From the NCBI GenBank assembly GCA_964519415.1, contig CAZFJM010000003.1:5668-69667 (forward strand): DNA of 64,000 bases, written 5' to 3'. Source of the DNA: Candidatus Woesearchaeota archaeon (GTDB taxonomy: Archaea > Nanobdellota > Nanobdellia > Pacearchaeales > GW2011-AR1). The notes below the pieces were generated by a model. It saw nothing but the letters and a program-made list of their open reading frames with translations. It was not told where the DNA came from and ran no database searches. Shown here one piece after another: positions 28,936 through 39,250 of this stretch. The position numbers and the translations under genes were made by a program. The number at the start of each line of letters is the position of its first letter. Positions within the stretch are counted from its first letter, which is position 1.

Positions 28936-29586
28936 TTATCTTATATAAATCTTTTCCAATTCTTTTGCATCTTCATCAAATCCTCTTAATCTTAGAAATT
29001 TTATAAACGGAACTTGATCATATTTAATCAGATCTTTTTCTTCAATTTCTTTTAGTCTAAAATCGCCTGCAATGTCATGTTTCTTTATTATTTCTAAAAT
29101 CTTTCTTCCGATTGTATTGCTCAAAACAGCAGAATCAAAACAGTCTCCGTAAGTTTCTTTTAGATAGTTATCTATTTCTTCTTTTTGTATTTCATCTATG
29201 GGAAACTTGTCATCAAATTCTTTTTTACAATTAAATTTTGGACACTCTGAAAAACAACTTGCTCCGAAATTATCTCCGATGTGTAACTTTGCAGTCCATA
29301 AAAGAGGGAACTGTCTGCATATAATTGCTCTATCTTCATAGACGGAACATTTTTTATTTTCTAAGAAAGGGCATGGCTCTGTAGTCATTCCATATAAATA
29401 TACAAAAACAATTCCAGATTTTTTATCTAACAAATATTTAACAGGTTTAAAACCTATTTTAACATTTTTAGTTTTAGCAATTTTCTTATAGCTATCGACT
29501 TCAGATTCAAAAATAGGCAAATATTTATGATCTGCATCTCCAAAATTACTGCAACATACTCCGCAACACTTACATTCAAATTTCAT
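28936..29586 (-). CDS. YkgJ family CxxCxxCC protein
   Basis: FECKCCGVCC, PCPFLENKKCSVYEDRAIICRQFP. Confidence 0.9.
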   Translation of the reverse strand: MKFECKCCGVCCSNFGDADHKYLPIFESEVDSYKKIAKTKNVKIGFKPVKYLLDKKSGIVFVYLYGMTTEPCPFLENKKCSVYEDRAIICRQFPLLWTAKLHIGDNFGASCFSECPKFNCKKEFDDKFPIDEIQKEEIDNYLKETYGDCFDSAVLSNTIGRKILEIIKKHDIAGDFRLKEIEEKDLIKYDQVPFIKFLRLRGFDEDAKELEKIYIR

Positions 29587-29627
29587 AAAATTGAGTATTT
29601 AATTGAGTTCAAATAGCTATGTTTTAT

Positions 29628-30032
29628 TTACGTTCTTTGAAAAATATGTTTACGTTCTATAAAAATTTTTTCAGCTTCTTCGACAACATCTACTACACTG
29701 TGCGCAGTTATTAGTTTACAATTTTGAGGACATCTATTTTTATCTAAAAATTCAAGAGTGTCTTTATCCTCCTCTAAATTTACTGCCCAAACATAAAAAA
29801 GAGTATTCGGGTTTGCATTTATGTGCTCGCCAATTTTTGGATAACACTGTTCATGGTTCTTTCTTATTCCATGCACTATTGCTACAGGACGATTTATTTG
29901 ATAAGGGGAAGAGTATTGGCAAAGGCAAGGGAGTTCTATAATTTTGGCACCTAATACGCTAAAAACCATACTTACTGATTTTCCAGTTTCACTACTATTA
30001 AAATGATGGTTATAAAATGGAATTGTTATCAT
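29628..30032 (-). CDS. Hypothetical protein (134 aa)
   Basis: ATGA-coupled last gene of the aminopeptidase run. Confidence 0.55.
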   Translation of the reverse strand: MITIPFYNHHFNSSETGKSVSMVFSVLGAKIIELPCLCQYSSPYQINRPVAIVHGIRKNHEQCYPKIGEHINANPNTLFYVWAVNLEEDKDTLEFLDKNRCPQNCKLITAHSVVDVVEEAEKIFIERKHIFQRT

Positions 30033-30319
30033 TTTTGTTTTTCTCCATCCAAGGCATCTAATTTTTTTTGAAGTAATCCTAGGATATATTCTTTTTCAGA
30101 TTGTCTTATTTTTTTAGAACTTATTGTAGAAATCTCAAGCTTATCGTTTTCTTTTTTATATTCTTTAAAACTAAATACTCTTAAACCATGATACTTATCC
30201 TTGGTTGCCATTACGTGCCTTATTCCTCCATGTGTTTGGATACCTAAATATATGTATGAGTCTTTGTCCCTATTTATTTGATAAATTTCTCCATAAACAA
30301 GTTTATCTTCTATACTCAT
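30029..30319 (-). CDS. Hypothetical protein (96 aa)
   Basis: ATGA overlaps on both sides. Confidence 0.6.
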   Translation of the reverse strand: MSIEDKLVYGEIYQINRDKDSYIYLGIQTHGGIRHVMATKDKYHGLRVFSFKEYKKENDKLEISTISSKKIRQSEKEYILGLLQKKLDALDGEKQK

Positions 30320-31458
30320 AATCTCCACTCTCCATCTTTTTGTACTAGTTTATCATCTAAATAAATCTCTCCGCCAGGAAAATTAGCTAGATCTCTAGCA
30401 TCTCTTCTTAAATCACAAACAATATCCCAATGTAAAGAAGATTTATTTAAGCTTCCGCCACTCTGTAAATTAGAAGAACAGCCGTTTCCAAGAGCTAAAT
30501 GAATGGTGCCTCCAATTTTTTCATCAAATAATAAATTCTTAGCATATTTTTTAATTCCGCGATTATATCCTATTCCAAACTCTCCAACAGTTCTTGCTCC
30601 TGGAATATTTAACATTTCTTCTAAAAAAGATTTATTTTCTCTTGCATCAAAGTCTAAAACTTTTCCATTTTCAAACCTTAATCTTATACCTGAAATTTCT
30701 TGTCCATTTTCAAGAGCGGGGTGCTGAAAGAAAACAGTTCCATTCATAGAATCCTCGACCGGGCCATAAAATAATTCTCCATCCGGCATATTAAATTTTC
30801 CAGCACAAATTTCTCCAGCTCTTGCTTCAATACTAAAACTTAAATCTGTCTGACCGGGGACATATAGTCTAACTCTTTTAGCCTTATCAAAAATTGCTTT
30901 CATATGCTTCATCTCTTCTCCAGTTTTTTCCCAATCAACTCCTAATGTGGCAGAATAAACAAAATCACTATAATCTTTAAATGACATTTTCATATCTTTT
31001 GCTTCTGCAATTCCTGGGAATCCGACAATATTCCATCTAACAATATAGTTGTGCTTTTCATCCTCTCGATATAAAACGTCCTTGTATGGGCCTATAACTT
31101 CTGAGTTAAATTCAGAGATTAATTGGGGATTTTCATTAGCTAATTGTAATGGATTTTCAGTGCAATCAATTAAACATCTAGAAGTACACTGCGCAGCAAG
31201 CCCTTTTCTTCTTTCCAATTCAGCAGCCCATTCTTCTCTATGATGTAATAAATGCTGAGTTCTTTTAAGATTCCAGCTTCCAAAATCCTGCAGAACTTTA
31301 GCTCCTCTTTTTTCTGCAACACTTGTAAATAACTCCGCGTAACCTTTGTAAAAAGGATCTACTTGCAATAAAAATACATCTCCTTCTCTAATTGAACAAG
31401 AATAATCTACTACTAACTCTGCTAGTTTTTTAGCACGAATATTATTAGAAAGACTCAT
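30316..31458 (-). CDS. M29 aminopeptidase (AmpT/AmpS type), copy 2
   Basis: NMPDGE, GEFGIG, LLFDEKIGGTIHLALG, SSLHWD. Confidence 0.93.
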   Translation of the reverse strand: MSLSNNIRAKKLAELVVDYSCSIREGDVFLLQVDPFYKGYAELFTSVAEKRGAKVLQDFGSWNLKRTQHLLHHREEWAAELERRKGLAAQCTSRCLIDCTENPLQLANENPQLISEFNSEVIGPYKDVLYREDEKHNYIVRWNIVGFPGIAEAKDMKMSFKDYSDFVYSATLGVDWEKTGEEMKHMKAIFDKAKRVRLYVPGQTDLSFSIEARAGEICAGKFNMPDGELFYGPVEDSMNGTVFFQHPALENGQEISGIRLRFENGKVLDFDARENKSFLEEMLNIPGARTVGEFGIGYNRGIKKYAKNLLFDEKIGGTIHLALGNGCSSNLQSGGSLNKSSLHWDIVCDLRRDARDLANFPGGEIYLDDKLVQKDGEWRL

Positions 31459-32525
31459 AATTTCCACTCTCCATTTTCTTGAATAACATTCCCATCTACA
31501 ATCATCTTTGCTTTTTTCATAGATTTAACAATGTCCCAGTGTATAGCAGAATCATTTCCACCACCATTATCTTTGTAAGCCATTCCTAATGCAAGGTGTA
31601 TGGTTCCTCCAATTTTCTCGTCGAATAAAAGATTGTTTGTATATTTTGTAACTTTTGGATTGCATCCAATTCCTAATTCTCCAACATAAGATGCGTTTTC
31701 ATCTGTTGCCAATAGCTCTTTTAATAAATCTTCATTTTTACTTGCTTTGGATTCAACAACTTTTCCATTTTCAAATCTTAAGAAAATATCAGAAACTTCT
31801 TTTCCATTTTTGATTGAGTTATAATCAAATTTAATCCAGCCGTTCAAGCTTTCTCTAACTGGTGCCATAAAAATTTCTCCTGCCGGCATATTATCAAAAT
31901 CTAAATCAGATTTAGCAAGTTTTCCATGAACTTTCATTTTCAAATCAACTCCTTCGCCAATTAAATGAACAGATGAATTTTCTTTAAATTTAGATAAAGC
32001 TTTTGTCATTATTCTTTTCAATTTATTCCAATCTTGTAAGCATGCAGAATAAACAAAATTTTCATATTCAGTAAAAGACATTTCTGCTTCTTGTGCTAAT
32101 GCTAAACAAGGATAAGCAATTGTACATCTTTTTATTTTATCTTTTTCATTACAAACATAATCAGATATTTTATGTGTGATTTTTCCACGAGTAGCCATTT
32201 TCTTAGAATCACAACTTGATAACTCTCTAGTGTTTAATTCAGTATCAATTCCAATATATCCATCAGCTTGTTTTACTGTATCAAACCAATATTCTGGAAA
32301 ATGTTCTAGTTGTTCTTTAGTTGCATATTTATAAAAAAAGTCATTAACTTCTGGAAGACCGACTTTAACAATTGGAATTGCTTTTTGTAAAATAATTTCT
32401 TTGTATAATTCGACTAAAAAAGGAACTGCTTCAGTGCCGCCCGATATGATTATTTTATGTCCTGGTTTTACATTTACTCCTTCTCTTACTGCAAGTTGTG
32501 CAAGTTTTCTAGTTCTAGGATCCAT
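31455..32525 (-). CDS. M29 aminopeptidase, copy 1
   Basis: NMPAGE, GELGIG, LLFDEKIGGTIHLALGMAY, SAIHWD. Confidence 0.95.
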   Translation of the reverse strand: MDPRTRKLAQLAVREGVNVKPGHKIIISGGTEAVPFLVELYKEIILQKAIPIVKVGLPEVNDFFYKYATKEQLEHFPEYWFDTVKQADGYIGIDTELNTRELSSCDSKKMATRGKITHKISDYVCNEKDKIKRCTIAYPCLALAQEAEMSFTEYENFVYSACLQDWNKLKRIMTKALSKFKENSSVHLIGEGVDLKMKVHGKLAKSDLDFDNMPAGEIFMAPVRESLNGWIKFDYNSIKNGKEVSDIFLRFENGKVVESKASKNEDLLKELLATDENASYVGELGIGCNPKVTKYTNNLLFDEKIGGTIHLALGMAYKDNGGGNDSAIHWDIVKSMKKAKMIVDGNVIQENGEWKL

Positions 32526-32526
32526 T

Positions 32527-32814
32527 TTATTCTTTTCCTCTCATAGCTTCAAGTCTTGCCATAAAATCATCTACTTGAAATTTGTCTGCTAATTCTTTCA
32601 ATGTTGAATCTACCTCTTCTCTAGGGGATTGTCCATAAAAATACATGTCTTTTCCTCTTTCTTCAATTAATCTAAAATTGTTCTTACCTGGGACAGCTCT
32701 AAAAACTGTAAGGCACTCCATAACGTTATTTGGGAGAACTATGTTAAGCTCGTAACGAATTTCACCGTTAGTTCTTAGCAATCTTCTTGTAAGGTATTCG
32801 TAGTCAGTTTTCAT
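32527..32814 (-). CDS. Hypothetical protein (95 aa)
   Basis: ORF between tRNA-Ile and aminopeptidase; stop 1 nt before next ATG. Confidence 0.55.
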   Translation of the reverse strand: MKTDYEYLTRRLLRTNGEIRYELNIVLPNNVMECLTVFRAVPGKNNFRLIEERGKDMYFYGQSPREEVDSTLKELADKFQVDDFMARLEAMRGKE

Positions 32815-32916
32815 TTTTATTTAGAATTCCTAGGCGAATTCAACCAGCACTTTGCCAATCAATCACCTTAATTATATCCATTATTCTGACTTTAAAAACT
32901 TATAGAATACTTAAAA

Positions 32917-32990
32917 TGAGCCCGCCAGGATTTGAACCTGGGACCCCCGCCGTATCAGGACGATGCGCTACCGGGCTGCGCTACGGGCTC
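32917..32990 (-). tRNA. tRNA-Ile(GAT)
   Basis: GAGCCCG/CGGGCTC acceptor, GCGC/GCGC D-stem, TCGTC-CT-GAT-AC-GGCGG, CCAGG-TTCAAAT-CCTGG. Confidence 0.95.
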
Positions 32991-33147
32991 AGTTATATGC
33001 AGAACTATTAGACAATAATCCTGAACGATTAGAGGTGATACCCTCAAAATATTCTAATTTAATTGGTTTTTAAAAGTTGGTATTTACCTATTTTGACAAA
33101 AGAGTATTCATCCAAACCCTTATATATGTAATCTCGTTTACTAGTAT

Positions 33148-33387
33148 ATGGATAATCATTTACAAATTAGAAATAAAACTGCAATTTCTTTCAGAAAATC
33201 AAAAAAAAGTATTCAAGGTTTCAAAACTTTAGGAATAACAACAAGAAAATACTATTCTGAAAACGATAGAACTAGAGAGAGATATAAAAAAGCAGGCGAC
33301 AGAATGCGTGAAAGATTTAGAAAATCAAAAGGACTTAGAGCAGATGGAAGGCTAAAACGACGTGTTAAGCATAGAAAAAGAAGATAG
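33148..33387 (+). CDS. Highly basic small protein (79 aa)
   Basis: About 30 Arg+Lys; TTATATA about 21 nt upstream. Confidence 0.6.
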   Translation: MDNHLQIRNKTAISFRKSKKSIQGFKTLGITTRKYYSENDRTRERYKKAGDRMRERFRKSKGLRADGRLKRRVKHRKRR

Positions 33388-33401
33388 TTTTACAAAATTT
33401 T

Positions 33402-34457
33402 TTATTCGTCCAATTCTCTTAATTCTTCAAATAACTTTGTTTGAGCTTTACTTAACTTAGTGGGTGTTTTTACAGTAATTTTGACAAATTGATCTCCATG
33501 ATGGCTTGAGCTATTCAAAACAGGAATTCCTCTTCCCTTAAGTCTTAAAACACTTCCAGATTGTGTTCCGCTAGCTACCTTAATCTTTATTTCTTCAGAA
33601 TTTAATGTTGGAATTGAAATCTCCGCACCCAAAGCCGCCTGTGCAAAACTTATGGTTAGGTCCATATAAATATCAAATTTATCTCTACTGAAAATTTTAT
33701 GTGGTTTAACTTTAACCAACAAATATAAATCTCCATCATCTCCGTTTTTAGTTGCGTTTCCGCCACCTGGAACTCTTAATGTTTGGCCATTATCAATTCC
33801 CTTTGGAATTTTTACCTTAACTTTCTCTCTACTTTCAAAAACTCCTTGCCCGTCACAATGTGGACATGCGTTTTCAGGAATTTGTCCTTCACCATTACAG
33901 TTGTCACATCTTCCTACTTGACTAATCATTCCAAAAGGAGTTCTTTGATTAATTTTTATTCTACCTTGACCATTACACTTAGAACATTTTCTAAATACTT
34001 TATCTTCTGCACCGGTTCCATCACATAATTCGCAAGGGATATTCTTTTTAATTAAAATTTCTTTCTCAACTCCAAAAACTGCCTCATTAAATTCAATTGT
34101 TATTTCATAACGTAAATCTGGATCAACTTCCTCATCATCGTAATCTCCTCCAAATCCTCCTCTAAATAAATCTCCAAAAATATCTGAAAATCCGCCGCCA
34201 TGAGAACCAGAAGAACGACCACTGAAAGGACTTTCTCCGCCCATATCATATTTTCTTCTTTTTTCAGGATTCTCAATCGTACTGTAAGCTTCATTTATTT
34301 CTTTAAATTTATCCTCATATTCTTTTTTCTTGTCAGCTGCCGCTTTGTCTGGATGATACTTCAAAGCTAGTTTCTTGTAAGCTTTCTTAATAGTATCTTC
34401 AGAATCGGTCTTCTTCACGCCGAGAATTTCATAATAGTCTTTCCTTATTGCTGTCAT
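33402..34457 (-). CDS. dnaJ: Chaperone DnaJ
   Basis: HPD J-domain, G/F region, four CxxCxGxG repeats. Confidence 0.97.
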   Translation of the reverse strand: MTAIRKDYYEILGVKKTDSEDTIKKAYKKLALKYHPDKAAADKKKEYEDKFKEINEAYSTIENPEKRRKYDMGGESPFSGRSSGSHGGGFSDIFGDLFRGGFGGDYDDEEVDPDLRYEITIEFNEAVFGVEKEILIKKNIPCELCDGTGAEDKVFRKCSKCNGQGRIKINQRTPFGMISQVGRCDNCNGEGQIPENACPHCDGQGVFESREKVKVKIPKGIDNGQTLRVPGGGNATKNGDDGDLYLLVKVKPHKIFSRDKFDIYMDLTISFAQAALGAEISIPTLNSEEIKIKVASGTQSGSVLRLKGRGIPVLNSSSHHGDQFVKITVKTPTKLSKAQTKLFEELRELDE

Positions 34458-34499
34458 ATTGAATTAGAAACGTTTGCTTTTTTAAAGGCATCTATAGAA

Positions 34500-36305
34500 T
34501 TACTTCTTTTCGTCAACAACTTCTGCATCAACTACTTTAGACTCGTTCTTAGCTTCAGCTTGTGCAGCTTGTTCTTTAGCAGATTGTTCGTAGATTTTTA
34601 CACCAAGTTCTTGTGAAATTCTCTTTGTATTTTCTAATTCTGCTTTAATAGTTTGGATATTAGTACCGCTTAATGCTTTCTTCAATTCTTCCATTTGCTT
34701 TTGTATCTTATTGATTACGTCTTTAAGTTGTGCATTATCCTTATATTCTTCCATCATTTTTTCAGTGGAATAAATCAAAGATTCAGCTTCGTTTCTAGCC
34801 AAGATTAAATCTCTCTTCTTGATATCTTCTTCTTTGAATTTAGCAGAATCCTTAACCATTTTCTCGATTTCTTCTTCAGTTAAAGCTCCACCAGTAACAA
34901 CAATCTTCTGTTCTTTACCAGTTCCTAAATCTTTAGCAGAAACTTTAACGATACCGTTTGTATCAATATCAAATGTAACTTCAATTTGAGGTATTCCTCT
35001 TGGTGCTGGAGGTATTCCAACTAAGTCGAATTTACCTAAAGATTTATTGTCTTCAGCCATTTCTCTTTCGCCTTGTAAAACATTGATTGTTACAGCTTGT
35101 TGACCATCAGCAGCAGTTGTGAAAACTTCGCTCTTCTTTGTAGGGATAGTTGTATTTCTATCAATTAAAGCTACTCTGATTCCGCCCATTGTTTCAATAC
35201 CTAATGTTAAAGGTGTAACGTCTAAAAGTAAGATATCTGTAATGTCTCCGCCGATAATTGCGCCTTGGATTGCAGCTCCTAATGAAACAGCTTCATCTGG
35301 ATTAACAGACTTGTCTGGAACTAAACCTGTAAGGTCTTGAACTATCTTTTGAACCATAGGGATTCTTGTAGAACCGCCAACTAAAATAACTTTATCGATT
35401 TTTGGATTTTTAGCGTCTTTGATTGCTTGTTTTACTGGATTCTTTAATTTTTCAAAGATAGGATCACAGATTTTTTCAAAGTTTGATCTTGTTATTGTAA
35501 CATCTAAGTGCTTTGGTCCATCAGCAGCTGCAGCAATATATGGGATTGTTACCTTTGTTTGTTGAGCTGAGCTTAATTCAATCTTTGCCTTTTCAGAAGC
35601 ATCTCTAAGTCTTTGTAAAGCAACTAAATCAGTTTTCAAATCGATTCCATTGTCTTTCTTGAATTCAGCAGCTAAATAATCAATTAATAAGTTATCAATA
35701 TCGTCTCCACCTAAGAAGTTATCTCCGCTTGTAGATTTAACTTCGAAAATTCCGCCGCCAAGTTCTAAGATAGAAACATCAAAAGTTCCGCCACCAAAGT
35801 CGAAAACTAAGATTGTGTGATCATGAGATTTTTCTAAACCATATGCTAATGAAGCTGCAGTTGGTTCGTTAATAATTCTTTTTACATTTAATCCAGCAAT
35901 AACACCTGCATCCTTTGTTGCGTTTCTTTGAGCGTCTCCAAAATAAGCTGGAACTGTGATAACAGCATCAGTTACTTCATGACCTAAATATGCTTCAGCA
36001 TCTTTCTTTAATTTTCCTAAAATCATAGCAGAAATTTGTTCAGGAGAATATTCTTTGTCTCCAATTTGAGTCATTTTCTTTGTACCCATTAATCTTTTAA
36101 TACTTCTAACTGTATTTTTTGTGTTTGCAACTGCGCCTCTTTTAGCGACGTCACCAACTAAAATTTCATTTCCAGTTATAGAAACTACGCTAGGTGTTGT
36201 ATTGTTACCTTCTGTATTTGGAATGATCTTTGCTCTTCCACCTTCCATGATGCTTACAGCTGAGAATGTTGTTCCTAAATCAATTCCGATAATTTTGCTA
36301 CTCAT
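34500..36305 (-). CDS. dnaK: Chaperone DnaK (short N-terminal type, as in archaea and Gram-positives)
   Basis: [34 protein letters not shown]. Confidence 0.98.
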   Translation of the reverse strand: MSSKIIGIDLGTTFSAVSIMEGGRAKIIPNTEGNNTTPSVVSITGNEILVGDVAKRGAVANTKNTVRSIKRLMGTKKMTQIGDKEYSPEQISAMILGKLKKDAEAYLGHEVTDAVITVPAYFGDAQRNATKDAGVIAGLNVKRIINEPTAASLAYGLEKSHDHTILVFDFGGGTFDVSILELGGGIFEVKSTSGDNFLGGDDIDNLLIDYLAAEFKKDNGIDLKTDLVALQRLRDASEKAKIELSSAQQTKVTIPYIAAAADGPKHLDVTITRSNFEKICDPIFEKLKNPVKQAIKDAKNPKIDKVILVGGSTRIPMVQKIVQDLTGLVPDKSVNPDEAVSLGAAIQGAIIGGDITDILLLDVTPLTLGIETMGGIRVALIDRNTTIPTKKSEVFTTAADGQQAVTINVLQGEREMAEDNKSLGKFDLVGIPPAPRGIPQIEVTFDIDTNGIVKVSAKDLGTGKEQKIVVTGGALTEEEIEKMVKDSAKFKEEDIKKRDLILARNEAESLIYSTEKMMEEYKDNAQLKDVINKIQKQMEELKKALSGTNIQTIKAELENTKRISQELGVKIYEQSAKEQAAQAEAKNESKVVDAEVVDEKK

Positions 36306-36859
36306 TTTGTATCCTTTAACCTACTAACTTTGACTTTTGATGCCCTTAAAAGCTTTTCGTTTATTAAATATCCTTTCTGAATCTCTTCCACGATGACGTT
36401 TTCTTTTTCACCCTCAACTCTAACAACTGCTTCATGTATATTCGGATTAAAATTTCCTTTAGAATTAACTACTCTCAAACCAAATTTTGTTAATGTTTCT
36501 TTTAGCTCGTCGTAAATCATTTGAACTCCGGGATCTTTATTATGTTTTAAAGCTAATTCAAAATGATCTAATGTTGGTAATAATTCTGAAATTAAATTTG
36601 CATTTGCATTAACTAAAATTTCTTGCTTTTCTTTATCCATTCTTTTTCTGGAATTATCAAATTCTGCTTGTAATCTTGCAATTTTATCCATATATTCTGC
36701 TTCTTTGCTTACTTCTTCTTGAGGAACTTCTGTTGCTGCTTCTTTGAATGCATTTAATATTTTATTCATCATTTCATTACCTTCAGCATCTGACATTTCT
36801 GGAACTTCGTCTGTAACAGGAACTTCCTTTTTGTCTTTTGAATTTTTATTTTCTACCAT
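36302..36859 (-). CDS. grpE: Nucleotide exchange factor GrpE
   Basis: [27 protein letters not shown]...LLRASKV. Confidence 0.95.
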   Translation of the reverse strand: MVENKNSKDKKEVPVTDEVPEMSDAEGNEMMNKILNAFKEAATEVPQEEVSKEAEYMDKIARLQAEFDNSRKRMDKEKQEILVNANANLISELLPTLDHFELALKHNKDPGVQMIYDELKETLTKFGLRVVNSKGNFNPNIHEAVVRVEGEKENVIVEEIQKGYLINEKLLRASKVKVSRLKDTK

Positions 36860-36953
36860 AAATATAGTTCACAATAATGCCTTTTAAAGGATTTGGTTTT
36901 GGGTTTTTTCCTCAGAGGCTCAGATTTATAAGGGCACATTTAGATATATTTTT

Positions 36954-37487
36954 ATGGTAAAAATCAAAGGAAACGAAATAGCACTTCCAAGCATTACAAA
37001 TTCATTTGAACGTAGATCTGTTCAAATTCAAAATAGTATTATGTCTACATTAAAACAATTAGGAATAGATCGAGATAATGTTAGAATGCCTATGGAAAGA
37101 ATTGCACAAAAAAAAGCACCAGCTTCTGTAGAATGGTGGTTCCAAGGAAGAAACTTAAAATATAGTTATTCTTTAATGCCTCGGTTTATTGAAAATCTTT
37201 GTGTTATTGATAAAGTTTTGAAAATAGAAGTTGATAAGTTAGTTTCTAAAGAAATAACATTCGACCAATTTGCTCGTGAATTTTCAGAAGATGATGATTT
37301 GTCTGAACAACGTGCAGAAGCAAGAAAAACATTAGGCGTAGATGTTAATGAAAAAGATTTTGATTTAATTAGTAAGAAATACAAAGATTTAGCTAGAAAG
37401 CATCACCCAGATATGCCTGAGGGAGATCACGATCTTTTCCAAAAAGTTAATGCTGCACACAAGTTAATAGCTAAAGAATTAACTTAA
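36954..37487 (+). CDS. Protein with C-terminal J-domain
   Basis: ARKTLGV...YKDLARKHHPD...FQKVNAAH. Confidence 0.88.
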   Translation: MVKIKGNEIALPSITNSFERRSVQIQNSIMSTLKQLGIDRDNVRMPMERIAQKKAPASVEWWFQGRNLKYSYSLMPRFIENLCVIDKVLKIEVDKLVSKEITFDQFAREFSEDDDLSEQRAEARKTLGVDVNEKDFDLISKKYKDLARKHHPDMPEGDHDLFQKVNAAHKLIAKELT

Positions 37488-37489
37488 AA

Positions 37490-38131
37490 TTATCCTTTTA
37501 ATCTTAAAAATATTTTATCGCCCTTTATAGCCATTCCAAGAATTTCTACTTTTGAAGGAAGTTTCTTCACATAACATTTGTCTTTGGTATAAGCTTTCAA
37601 TTCTAAACTCTGTTCGAGTTTTGTTAAAGTAATATCTTTTTTAGCTGTAACTCCTGGTGTTTCAATTTCATAAATCAATCCCTCTGGTAATCTTCTAATA
37701 GTTGACTTCGCAGGAACTTGCTTTAATTTAGCTCTTCTTTCTCTTTCTTCATCTGGAACTCTTTCATTAAATGTTTCAATAGAACTAATGCTCTTTGTTT
37801 GTTCAGCTGGTTGAGGATTCATAGCCTGCATTTTTGGCATTCCAGTAGAAATTTGTATCTTGAAACCTTTAGGTTTTGGTCCGTTCATATTATCAATATT
37901 AGACATCTCTTTCTCAATCTGCTTCATTAAAGAATTAACAATACCGTTAAAACCGAAAGGTAACTTCAAATCATTGACTGCTTGCTGTAATTCAACTTGA
38001 TCATTATTGCCTAGCATTCCGTAATCTTCTTGAAGATTCTTTTTAGCTTTTAGTGGAACTCCGCACCACGGGCAGTATAGAAACTTTCTCTCTACTTTCT
38101 CTTTACATGAATGGCATTTTTTCTTAAACAT
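37490..38131 (-). CDS. Zinc-ribbon protein with C-terminal Hsp20/alpha-crystallin-like domain
   Basis: CHSC..CPWCG; YEIETPGV..KDI..LEQSLELKA..KCYVK. Confidence 0.65.
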   Translation of the reverse strand: MFKKKCHSCKEKVERKFLYCPWCGVPLKAKKNLQEDYGMLGNNDQVELQQAVNDLKLPFGFNGIVNSLMKQIEKEMSNIDNMNGPKPKGFKIQISTGMPKMQAMNPQPAEQTKSISSIETFNERVPDEERERRAKLKQVPAKSTIRRLPEGLIYEIETPGVTAKKDITLTKLEQSLELKAYTKDKCYVKKLPSKVEILGMAIKGDKIFLRLKG

Positions 38132-38169
38132 AAAATTAAACCCTCTTAAAATATTAAATTAGTGAGTAT

Positions 38170-38820
38170 TTAAATAACTTTGTTTAACTTGTTTACACTT
38201 TCAATAACATACTTTGCACCTGCCTTTCGCAAATCTTTTGAAGAAGTATATCCTGTTAAAACTCCAACAGAATCTATTTTTGCTCTTTTTGCTGCAATCT
38301 GATCAAAGACAGAATCTCCAACCATTAAGCATTCAGAAGGTTCAACTTTCAATTTTTTTATTACTTTTAATAATTCATCTGGTGCAGGTTTTGCTCTTTC
38401 AACTTCATCAACACATACAACATAATTAAATTCTTTTTGGAATTCTTTGTCTGTTGAACCTAAGTATGATTTTCTAGAAGAGCCAGTAACAATTGCAGTT
38501 TTGTAATTTTTCTTAATCATTTGAACCGTTTTTCTTACGCCTTTTATTGCAATATCTCTGTTCTTAATAAGTTCAAAGAAGTATTTTCTTCTTTCATCTC
38601 GCATTTTTAAGATATTGTCCTTAATTTTGTACTTTTTATTCAAAAAATTAATAATTTCTGCAGCAGGTAAACCCATTAGAGACTTAAGTTCACTAATATT
38701 TAATTTTTCCCCTCTAGATAAATATAATTTCTCAAAAGCTTTTATATGATAAGGGGTAGAATCAATTAAAGTGCCATCTAAATCAAAGATAATTACAGAA
38801 TACTTTCTAGCCTCTTTCAT
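38170..38820 (-). CDS. HAD-IA phosphatase
   Basis: FDLDGTLID, VTGS, KPAPD, VGDSVFD. Confidence 0.93.
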   Translation of the reverse strand: MKEARKYSVIIFDLDGTLIDSTPYHIKAFEKLYLSRGEKLNISELKSLMGLPAAEIINFLNKKYKIKDNILKMRDERRKYFFELIKNRDIAIKGVRKTVQMIKKNYKTAIVTGSSRKSYLGSTDKEFQKEFNYVVCVDEVERAKPAPDELLKVIKKLKVEPSECLMVGDSVFDQIAAKRAKIDSVGVLTGYTSSKDLRKAGAKYVIESVNKLNKVI

Positions 38821-38850
38821 ATGATAAAATGTTATTCTTTGTTTATAATT

Positions 38851-39216
38851 TTATCTAAATGTATATACTTTATTTTCAAGACTACTAGAGCTTAACCTTG
38901 GGGGGGCTTCGCCCGCAGCAATTTTATATGTAGCTGGAGCTAGTACTTGTGTAAAAGAAGGGTTTTGCCATTCCGAAATTTTGTTTTCTAATCTTACTAG
39001 GCCATATCCTGAGCATTCCAAAACAATTATGTTATTTTCTATCTTGTATCTTTTTGGAGATAAATTTGCAATCTTAAAAGCCTCTTTTAATTGAGTTTCA
39101 TATTCTTTTTCATGAGACCTATCGCTAGAAAATAAAAGATACATAGCATTATAGTAAAATTCCTCTGGCTTCAAGAATTCCATAACTTTCAAAATTGGAT
39201 CATTATTTCCAAGCAT
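38851..39216 (-). CDS. Hypothetical protein (121 aa)
   Basis: Own TATA upstream; no motif. Confidence 0.55.
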   Translation of the reverse strand: MLGNNDPILKVMEFLKPEEFYYNAMYLLFSSDRSHEKEYETQLKEAFKIANLSPKRYKIENNIIVLECSGYGLVRLENKISEWQNPSFTQVLAPATYKIAAGEAPPRLSSSSLENKVYTFR

Positions 39217-39250
39217 ATTATAAAAAGTTAAATAGGATTTATATTGTTTG

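Noticed and set aside
32815..32900. Similar leaders (GAATTCTA..TAAAAATG) and tiny upstream ORFs before orphans at 32814, 52566 and 63034
   Set aside because: Short AT-rich similarity with inconsistent spacing; not distinguishable from chance
33041..33056. GGTATCACCTCT in the tRNA-Ile leader, resembling the 16S 3' tail
   Set aside because: Short match with no other rRNA sequence; explained by a small GAGG/CCTC hairpin or chance
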